Positions 53,801 through 64,000 of a stretch of DNA of 64,000 nucleotides are shown here, in pieces. Where the stretch lies: NCBI GenBank assembly GCA_964035545.1, contig OZ037765.1:7016698-7080697 (forward strand), written 5' to 3'. Every line of letters starts with the position of its first letter. Position 1 is the first letter of the stretch. Origin of the DNA: Bugula neritina (taxonomy: Eukaryota > Animalia > Bryozoa). A program made the translations under genes and the position numbers. The notes under the pieces are model-generated. The model saw only the letters and a program-made list of their open reading frames with translations, was not told the DNA's origin and did not search any database.

Positions 53801-56800
53801 AGCTATTGATTTTAGAAGATGCATTTATTTTACAAAAAAATAATTATAAAAGCATGTTTCATTATTGAAAATTATCACAATTCAAATTATGACTGTGTTG
53901 CGAGTAAAAAAATGAGAAAAAATTTTGGCAAATAATTAGTAACCTTAGCCAATGCAATAATGAATTATTATAGTACTAAATTCTATTTAAAATTCAATTG
54001 CAAGTGATAACAGCGAAGTATTAAAGTAAGAAGTGGTTTGAAATAAAAACATTTGCTATTTTGCTACTGCAATCAGCTTTGTTTTATTGGCATTAGAACA
54101 TTTGCTTTACCATCCTAATAGCTATATTAAGTTATCAAACATCGTATTTACAATTTAAACCACTACGGTTCATAATATCTTTTAGGAATAAAAAATATAA
54201 ATGTAAAATTTTTTTTATCTAATCTGCATACCTTTACAGGTAAAACAAAAGAATTACCTCTCTGGTCTGGGTGAGTTTTATCAGCTATGAGAGCATTGTA
54301 TGGCACTGCAATCCCCGTATAAGTCAGTACAGACCCCAAATAGCACACTGCATAAGCACCTAGCAATGACAATGAAACAATTTATAAACAGAAGTCAAGA
54401 TCTGCAAGACAAAAGCTGAAAAAATGGAGCAACCTGCACCATTTATTAACTGCAATGCAAGCAAAAATTTCAAACATTCGTTTTGTCTCATGCAATCAGA
54501 ACATGTAACCTCAAATACCAATCAGTGTGGATTTATGAAGTTTGCACTGCAAAATAAATAATATAAAGAAACATATTTTACAATAATAAAAGAGTAAACT
54601 AAAGCTTACAAATATCAACTACTGAATTCTAGTTTTGGCTTTAGTTAATGTGATGAGTGCCATTCAACTTAAAAACAGAGAGCAACTTGATCTACAAACC
54701 AGAATGTATATCTACTACTTAACATTTCAGAAATTTTCTATTCATTCTAAACAGACAATACATTGACTCAAGTATGAGCTATATAAGTAACATATAAGTG
54801 AGGGAAAAATACCTATGTATTTATTATGTAATGTATTATTATGTATTATGTAAAATACTTTCAATTAAAGACTAAAAATCACAGACAAATCTTTCAAGTG
54901 TAATTGACATTTAATTACATGCCTTGAAGGCTTAAGGCATTTCAAATTGATATTTGTGACAAACTCCATTAAGAGTAAATTTATGAAATAAGTCTTAGTT
55001 CATACACATTCATGCATCCAAGTCACCATAAATACTTATCACAACATATGATCTCACACTTGAAAGGTGTGACATTTTTACTACCATTTATGGAGAACAG
55101 TACAGCTTTGCCAGTTGATTGGTTAAAAACTTACAATGAAGTCAATGAAATTCCTTCCAAGCAACAACTGAGCTTAGTATTACATAATAACAATAGCAAT
55201 GTCAGTTTTCAGGACTGATTGATAATTGGTTAACAGACAGTTACTTCCTAGTGTCTGCAGTATTCATTTGTTGCTCTGACGATCAGAGCATTTCATGATA
55301 GAAGTATGCTAACGCCTTGCCTGCACTGAAAACACTTTTGAAATGACTTATACAAACCCATGGAGCCAGAGATATTTCCTGCAGCAATGTACTCAAAGAG
55401 AGGCAAATTGACAGTTTGGGTCTGAGACAGCCCCTTCCCACCGTCTATTTTTAGATGAGGCCCACGTATATACAACTCAGAAGCTTTACTGTAAGGTGCA
55501 CACCTTCTGGCTGTTAGGTTGGGGTGGCACTAAACAAAGATATACTTTACAGCTTGAAGCAAAAATCTTAGCAATTAAAAAATTATGTAAAAACTTGCAT
55601 GACTCTCTTTTATAAAATATAATAAGCACAATTTACAATCAAATTAGTTACAATATGAAGTATTTTGCAACTGCATTTATTAGCAAAAAATAGTTTGGTT
55701 TTCCTTAGTATTGAAACAGTAGTATAAGCTGTACACAAAAATTTGGCATACAAATTTGTCTGAATTTACCAACTTCGTGGTAATAAAACAAAAAAACTAA
55801 CATCATTCAAGCTAGGAACTAATTGTTTCAATAGAACACAATATATAGATCAATAGTAGAGGATAAACAAATAGTGTTTAATTTACCTCAGACACCGAAG
55901 AATTACCACTGAACTTGACATTGGAAACACTGAAGGACATGCCCATTAAGCTGAAACTACAAAATATTCATTCAACTAATAAAACAAAAAGAATAAGAAT
56001 ATGCTGTAGTCTGCAAATATAGTTGTAAATAAAACTGCAACCTCCATTTAAATGGAGCAGCAGAATGTATTGTAGCGTTTACCATGCCAGTGAAGATAAC
56101 TCCCAAATAGGAAGTAATGCCTTTCATTGAATATGAAAAATATTTTTTGATTGATAAAATAAGTTCCATAACCTGCTATACATTACAAGATATTGAAATT
56201 AACTTAGGACACTCTCTAGGAAAATTTTCTACATGTTAATATCTCTTATATAGGTTCTAACTTGTACTTCGCAAGTTGACATTATAACATTAGACGTCAA
56301 CTTTTCCTAGGCCTATCGCATGATCTATATAAACTCATTCACGCAAGTTTATAGTCGCTATCCCTGTGAGAAACCCCTGATGGAAAGGGTTTTTGTTAAA
56401 GCAGGGCTAAGGATTTATTCAAATGAGGCACAGGAGCAATTATGACTGGATGCTCTTCCTAACATCATATGATTATGTATGGCTAGTATCAACATTCCTC
56501 TTAAGCTGTCTCTGCCACTCCAAAAAGCCAATTAAGATACACTTGAACTTTTGCTGGGAAAATATTGCATTAAGCATATTTAATATTTTGAGGAGCGCAT
56601 GATTGGCTAACATATACTAATACATCCTTCCAGTTCCTCAAAACAATCATTTTCCTGTTGGATTAACATCTCACTTACTATTCATGTGAATTAATCAACT
56701 ACTAAACTTCTCAATATTACTTTGCACTCATGTGGAGTTGGGGGTTCAAAGTTCCAACCTAAATCCTCAAATTTAAACTCAAAACCCCAAACTACTGCAT

Positions 56801-58970
56801 TCTGTCATTCCAACCCGGGGCTGCTTATGGAAACTTTCGGAAATGTATCAATTTGTAGCTGTTGCTATAGTTGCAATAATTTGTAGCAAAGCTAGCTTTG
56901 TGCAGGCAATAAAATGGTGGGAAAGGCTGCTGGACACCACAAATATGCTAGTAATAAGAAAGAATTTCTTTATAGACAAATTATAGAATCCTTAATAATA
57001 TATAATGTTTGAAGTGTATAACTAGTAAAAAACATTAAACTTATAATACAAAATAATGAGGGGGTAAAATATTTCTCCCTTTATACATGTAATGGTATCA
57101 ACAGTTTGCAACTTTACTCTAGATTTTTCTACAAGTTATACTATTTAACTAGAGAATGCAGGCATAAATTTGTAATCATTAAATCTTTTAATTTATCAAA
57201 TTTATAACTTGTATAACAAAGTTGTTTATAGTTTAGATTTACTAACTTTTTGACAGCTGTTGTCAGTTATCAATGTTTTCAACACCTACCAACATTGTCC
57301 TTTCACCTAATCTCAGTTTCTTAACACTTGTCAGCAGTACACTGACATCTACCACTGATATTGTAATACTTACCATCAATATTTTAAAATGTACATAAAA
57401 AAATTTCAGACACTTATTATTCTTACACTATTGAACAAACTTACCACAGCAGAACTGATGAGACAAGCATAACTGGCCTCCTCTTACCAATCTTAGTCTC
57501 AAGTCTATCACTCATGAGGCCAAGCAACGGACTTACAAATAAAGTCAGTACTACAATGCCACAATAGGATATTTGCTGTCAGTACAGTGTAGCAGGTATC
57601 ACTGTAGGCAGACTGTGGGGCCACAAATGACTGCTCACAATAGTTTATTCCCACAGGGAACATATAATGCAATATTTTAAAGTCTAAATAGACGCTATTA
57701 AATTTTATGCAATTAAACTCAAAATAGAAATTATAAAAACAATTATATAATATGCATACAGTGTATAAAGGAAAATTTGGTTTACACATTTTATCTATAA
57801 GAAAGGGAACAAGTTAATAGCTTTGCAAAAAAAATAATTATAAATTCATATGAATAACCTAACACTTACATGCTCCAATGGCTACCATAATACCCAGAAC
57901 AGTGCCTTTAATCTTATTTCCAACCATTGCCTCAACTTGAGCAGGAACAACTAAGCAATGAAATATAGAATACAAAAGCACAAAACTTTTAACTACCAAA
58001 TACGAAAAATTAGCCATAGGGTAAGGACATATGGAGGTAGGTGCAGTGATAGAGAAATGGAGAAAAGCCCGTGTTCTAAATTATAAATGTAGCATAAGAA
58101 GTTATGTTCTTACAAGAAGTTCAACCCAAGACCCAAACCAAAATTCAATAATAGAATTAAAGAACTTACTTAGGTTATCTCAATTTCTCCACTATTGCTC
58201 CTGAACGAGATTATGATTATTTGAGACAGAAAATTCTGCTTATAATCATCATTAGCATATAAATATTGAATTAAATACAATTTAGATTTTTTTAAGCACG
58301 TCTTACTAGTTATATTACAAATCAGATTCAATTTTCGTAAAAGTTGGTAAATTAATAAATAAACCGAGCTCACCTTCCACGGTAAGAATAAGATACATGA
58401 GAGCAAGACCAAACCATGGCAAATTGATAACTAATATTCTACACAGCGACATTCGAGGTATTGGCTTGACACCTGATAAACCAGTTTTATTGCAACTTTT
58501 GCTATCATTCTTGTCCTGACATGTTTCCAGTTTGTCTAGAAGTTCACTTTCAGATGTGTTCTCTGCATCATAACCATCACCACATGTATCTGTGCCATCA
58601 TAATCGCTACCACATGTATCTGTGACATCATAACCACTACCACTGGTACCTGTGGTATCATAGCCACCATGGCAAGTATCTGTGGCATCACATTCACTAC
58701 CACATGTATCTGTGCCATCATAACTACTTTCACAACTATCTTCAAGACATGTGTAGTTAGTGGACACTAAGAAAAAATACCAGAAGACTCCTGTTGAAAA
58801 ATTTATGAAGACATCAACACACATAATTAAAACCACCAGTTTTAAATCAAATAATGAATTTAAAATAAAAAATACACCAAAAAAGTTTCATAATATTTAA
58901 ATATACCTGCAGTATCTGTGTCCAAGAGATTGGTTTCTTCAGAACTATTAGAATGTGAAGTTGCAGACAT
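26881..58970 (-). CDS. Major facilitator superfamily transporter (SLC45/GPH-like), 16 exons: 58970-58907, 58766-58374, 57950-57870, 57550-57445, 55950-55887, 55529-55358, 54359-54258, 42909-42833, 39064-38950, 37861-37820, 34628-34562, 33318-33211, 29177-29113, 27867-27775, 27513-27413, 27048-26881; about 605 aa
   Basis: Every junction is GT-AG and keeps phase. Two motif-A-like loops (GLMSDRLETKIGKRRP; GLLSDRIKRRKP), plus PYNALIAD, FRWLFFTRFMMQQG and VDFALLLDILP...AKDIAVWNQALVLPQVLATPIGG, and many hydrophobic segments. The exon 2 acceptor is ambiguous. Confidence 0.88.
32836..32950. repeat. Tandem repeat of about 14 bp (tgtattacctactg)
   Basis: Several consecutive copies in MFS intron 12. 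Confidence 0.75.
33852..34068 (+). mobile_element. tRNA-derived SINE, near full length
   Basis: A-box TGGTCTAACGG, B-box-like GGTTAGAACCC, body GGAAGAGCATCCAGTCAT...CCTTTCCATCAGG...GTGACTATAAGCTTGC; inserted in (TA)n; two more copies in the window. Confidence 0.8.
34651..34810. mobile_element. 160-bp MITE, copy 1
   Basis: About 31-bp imperfect TIRs (aggtgcagtaatggaaaaattgaaaaaagcct / aggctatctcaatttctccactactgctcct); homologous to 58039-58202. Confidence 0.75.
35064..35119. repeat. 25-bp inverted repeat (hairpin) in MFS intron 10
   Basis: ctagtatagcatacatcagcaaatt-aaagta-aatttgctgatgtatactatactag; one mismatch. Confidence 0.85.
39035..39415 (-). repeat. 36-bp tandem repeat (10 units) spanning the intron 8/exon 9 boundary of the MFS gene
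   Basis: Unit gataccatatacagtgtatacactcatatcctacaa; on the minus strand ttgtag|GATATGAGTGTATACACTGTATATGGTATC. Unit 7 has a 4-nt insertion and unit 10 is diverged. Confidence 0.95.
41336..41410. repeat. Degenerate 10-bp tandem repeat (acttgataca)
   Basis: About seven diverged units. Confidence 0.55.
43001..43124 (-). mobile_element. SINE copy (3' part) interrupted by the LINE; its 5' head resumes at about 45735-45770
   Basis: cctgatggaaaggg...ggcacaggagcaactatgactggatgctcttcctaacaccaccaatgacc matches the reverse complement of the SINE at 33852-34068; aacccatgacctaagcca...aacccctaga after the LINE matches its head. Confidence 0.75.
43125..45738 (+). mobile_element. 5'-truncated non-LTR retrotransposon (CR1/L2-like LINE)
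   Basis: Begins inside the APE endonuclease, carries an intact RT frame, a 3' UTR of about 170 nt, AATAAA and an (AAAC)n tail; no TSD seen. Confidence 0.92.
43126..45549 (+). CDS. LINE ORF2 fragment: partial APE endonuclease plus reverse transcriptase
   Basis: ILGDINID, CLDHI and SIADHLP (APE); NYRPISILPVFSK, QYGFR, FLDFSKAFDTINH, GVPQGSILGP and LFADD (RT); no internal stops. Confidence 0.95.
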   Translation, partial: HHVILGDINIDTLKSDPVSTSYLNILSCSHFINSIQIPTRYNSCLDHINVNFYDKFLTSGTITTSIADHLPTFIKIENLTNYFNITKSTNIRNYKKINEELFLKDLSKVDWNSKVYAKKDVNSRYDSFFKIFMDLCNKHAPLVKFSTNWPRKLKTNKRPWISVELIKLMNKRDYVYRQSLNSPLNLKLKFKHKTLKNLVTKNLRRSKTLYFESFFENTSDSSKCWKVINEHLGKNRSKRLNAPKSLTSENITLTENKDIANSFNKYFTSIGTTLSKKFTDDNFDFTAQKSDKKLDEQFSFTNIESTVIESLLKDVNPAKAAGLDLAPTNLIKISASHLSKPLAYIINTIINDGAFPNELKKAKVVPLHKKGIATDVSNYRPISILPVFSKIAEKILNKQIVDFLESKNYLTDKQYGFRRNRNTNIALINLTNKVLNAMNNGNSVAGIFLDFSKAFDTINHEILLAKLKMLHFSSHSVKLIKNYLSNRQQSTIINNTYSDFIHITCGVPQGSILGPTLFLIYINDLPDVTMHLDPILFADDTNLFFESKNLLNNMDVINCELKKIENWCNKNKLTVNMSKTNYMIIKTAQNKQDLNGFALEMFNKKLVEVKSTTFLGIIIDSHLSWQQHCSKLCQNLRPLVGLISKCSNHLPRKILIQIYNSFVNSKLTYCLESWGNAANIYLEPLHLLQKKILRIIYKKHHLSPSKPLFLSSSIMPIHTLHKFKLILLSHKLYYSQLTHLTHNYPTRFSEFSLQTPPSSTAAGQRRVEFQCSSLWNKLPSSIRAVEREAGFKLALRDHLMANFQIKK
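46103..46408 (+). repeat. 5' LTR (306 bp)
   Basis: TGTGGTGG...CATAACA; identical by eye to 53292-53597. Confidence 0.97.
46410..46427 (+). promoter_or_regulatory. Primer-binding site, tRNA-Leu
   Basis: TGGTGGCAGCGGTGGGAT, 1 nt after the LTR, complementary to the metazoan tRNA-Leu 3' end (ATCCCACCGCTGCCACCA). Confidence 0.85.
46440..47399 (+). CDS. gag: Gag (capsid-like region plus CCHC zinc knuckle)
   Basis: RLKAPTFTGEEEVEQFIQEF...W capsid-type motif; CWECGNQGHFRRYC knuckle. Confidence 0.92.
   Translation: METENAGTQPPAIEGERRDNAVETMPVNHVVEERRVPRELAEYHYRLKAPTFTGEEEVEQFIQEFSDVMDVAQWPPRVALLKLRMALMDKAKPYGLGVDIDNIFASLRARFGLSATDARARLQRLRRDSRTPLREHAAAVMKLAQIAYSDLPPVNRERYTLDAFIASVDDLGLHHQFLARGVTTVEDALTEGEAYLLANQMHKSRGSSRQVEIDRADTAAGQGEETPAAAAVSQLATASKVTQLTDMLAKLIATLTPQNPVSTAPEPMRPSAPPQGETVSFCWECGNQGHFRRYCSFLNQGLNYRGPQMFPPSAGRRNL
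47342..47403 (+). promoter_or_regulatory. Predicted -1 ribosomal frameshift signal for gag-pol
   Basis: G_TTA_AAC in gag phase (47342-47348), 5-nt spacer, stem CGGCCCGC/GCGGGCCG (47354-47361/47379-47386), loop TTCCC able to pair with GGGAA (47399-47403); pol is in the -1 frame. Confidence 0.75.
47348..51910 (+). pseudogene. pol: Pol (protease, RT, RNase H, integrase) with one premature TAG at 48953-48955
   Basis: FLIDSGC (PR); WRFCVDYRKLN, LDLLSGYWQV, PFGL, YLDD (RT); DTDAS, ERNYCTTRKELLA (RH); H-H-C-C, VDLVGP, HSDQG (IN). RDGLWK*KVLPFG continues in the same frame after the stop. Confidence 0.93.
52224..53011 (+). CDS. Retrotransposon ORF3 main exon: two zinc fingers, Arg/Ser/Pro-rich basic region, C-terminal coiled coil; not env
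   Basis: CQIC-x12-H-x3-H and CPC-x12-H-x4-C; KRRTRSPSPPLRRRRTPSP; LATVEERLLRLQEEFTQL. Preceded by acceptor acttttTCAG| (52223); no ATG before 52619. Confidence 0.8.
53281..53291 (+). promoter_or_regulatory. Polypurine-tract-like primer site
   Basis: GGTGGGGGCGG directly abuts the 3' LTR. Confidence 0.7.
53292..53597 (+). repeat. 3' LTR (306 bp)
   Basis: Identical by eye to the 5' LTR; followed by ATAT. Confidence 0.97.
56326..56467 (-). mobile_element. SINE copy lacking the tRNA head
   Basis: gcaagtttatagtcgctatccctgtgagaaacccctgatggaaaggg...gactggatgctcttcctaacatca matches the reverse complement of about 33935-34068. Confidence 0.8.
58039..58202. mobile_element. MITE of about 160 bp, copy 2
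   Basis: Homologous to 34651-34810, same TIRs. Confidence 0.75.
58561..58740 (-). repeat. 30-bp tandem repeat (6 units) encoding a decapeptide such as GYDxTDTCGS in predicted MFS exon 2
   Basis: Unit approximately tgtgccatcataaccactaccacatgtatc; open in the MFS frame. Confidence 0.85.
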
Positions 58971-60078
58971 TTTAACTTTGTAGATAAGACAGTATGCTAA
59001 ACGCTACGCACGCATAGCAACACTTTACAAGTGCATTACGTCACACCAACTGTTGCCACTGTTGACCACACAAAACGATTGTTCAAGTAGATGACATTTA
59101 TTATTACACGTATACCTATTAATTATCCAACACAAAGGAGCTAAGCTTGACTATGATTCCCGTAAACACTCTGTCAGTTACCTTGTGCTAGTTGCTAGGT
59201 TTATTGAATTACAGTTAATTATAAAAATAATAGAGATTAAAAAAATTAAAATTGCCAACAATGTATGTTACACAAAATCAGTTAGGAAACCTAACTAAAA
59301 ATAATAGTCATAAAGTAGTACATAATTGTTATAATAATATGTAATAATGCAAAACTGGTTTAGCTTTTATTATCGATTTACTAAAAAAAACTGTTACAAT
59401 AATAGAGTAGTGTAGATACAAGGTAAGCACAATGGCTATAGCCTGTAGGGGTTTTGGCTTCTCAGCAATTTATGATAAGACATTTTAAAAAGTAGTTTTA
59501 CAAAATGCATCCATAAAATATCCACTCGCTACGTGTAACTATTTTAAACATAACATATTTTAATCATAGAATGGATCAGAATATCAGTAAAATCAGTAGT
59601 AAATATAACATTCATCTACATCCTGCGCTACACAAGCACACTATATATCTAATTGCTGCACAAGTTTGTGTTGACATTCTCATGACCTTTAAATGCAAAC
59701 ACTAAAATAAACTCATTAAAAAACATACTATATAAATATCTGACTATCAGTCAGACAAAAGCTGATTTTAAGCTGTGATAAAAACAAAACAGAAAAAACA
59801 AAGTTAAATCATTCAATTGAGTCATAACATCCATATTATGACTGGAAAACCACCTCATCGAATGAAAACACTATGAATATTTCTTGAATATGATTAATCC
59901 AGTATAAAATACCAGGCAGAGAGCCTTTGCTAAAAATTCACTAGTAAAATGAAAACGTAAGCAGTAAATGAGAGAAACGGATTGTTGTTTTGATACTTTC
60001 CACAGCAACACAGAGTCACTCACCGGTGATGCGTAAACTTGACTGCTCATGAGCTGCGACTGAAGGCAGCAACAGCGA

Positions 60079-63097
<3,019 letters not shown>

Positions 63098-64000
63098 TTA
63101 AGCAAGGGTTTCTCAGCATACGTATTTGACCGACAATATTTTTGAAAGTGCAACTCCAAATTCCAAAATTGAATGTTTGATATATAATACAGATATAAAC
63201 ACATGTTCACATAATACACACACATAGACACATACTACACACACGCATGCGCGCACGCACACACATTTATATACACTAAAACCAATTACATTTAATGCAG
63301 AAGCACTGATCAATTGAAAATTGTATTTTAAATAGAAGTGAAAATTATATAAATTAGTCTGAAAAGAAAATCAAAATTCTAAGTTATAATTTTTGGAGTA
63401 TAACATGAATAGCTTGATAGATGAAATCAAAGTAGACACAAGATCAAAGCATCTTGGATGTTTCCTTCATAAGATCATATTACAAAGTCAGGTGTTGAAG
63501 CTAATCACCATAAATAAGGGAGTCGGGTGACTGGGTCTACCAAGAAGCATAGGTAATAAATATCAACTTGGGTTAGAACTGAGGCTATTCCTTTAACATA
63601 GTGATATTTCAACACCCAGTGCTATTTCCTCAGCAGAAACATACACTGTACACCAGAAGAATCAGTGTCATGGTGTAGGAAGAAGGAAAAATTGCTCTAT
63701 TAAAGTCTTATGCAAAGTGAAAACTCGCTTTCTACATCGTAAAACATATTTTTACAAAGTGCAAATCATTTTATTTGTTAAAATTAATGCTCAGCTGTAT
63801 CTTGTTAAAACATATTTAGATTCATATTCCTAATGAGATAACATCTAGAATAAGGATATAATATATATACCTGGTTACAAGCCATATACAGCAATGCTAA
63901 TCAATATAAATATCAATACAAAAATGCAGAAGCTTTAAGGTAAATATTATACTTGTAAATTACTTAGTTACTCCCACGACACTGTTGTTCTTACAAAAGT

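Overview
AT-rich, intron-containing genomic DNA from an animal, probably an invertebrate (species not identifiable here). Five host genes were reconstructed by hand from GT-AG splice sites and reading phase. (1) A C8orf89-like gene (+, constant exons 12290-14552) preceded by about 10 kb with up to five candidate ATG-initiated alternative first exons, all ending in phase-2 donors. (2) A CD225/dispanin membrane protein gene (+, 18294-19408). (3) A coiled-coil adaptor with a C-terminal CCHC zinc finger (+, 23461-26688). (4) A 16-exon MFS transporter gene (-, 58970-26881). (5) The last four exons of a JNK MAP kinase gene (-, 63045-60079). Intron 7 of the MFS gene holds a 5'-truncated CR1/L2-like LINE inserted into a tRNA-derived SINE, and a young full-length Ty3/Gypsy element (46103-53597). 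That element has 306-bp LTRs that appear identical, an ATAT target duplication, a tRNA-Leu PBS, a -1 frameshift signal, one nonsense codon in RT, and a non-env third ORF encoding a tandem zinc-finger/Arg-Ser-Pro/coiled-coil protein that apparently needs splicing. A 36-bp tandem array repeats an MFS splice acceptor ten times. MITEs, SINEs, hairpins and simple repeats fill the rest. All models and family calls are manual; no searches were run.
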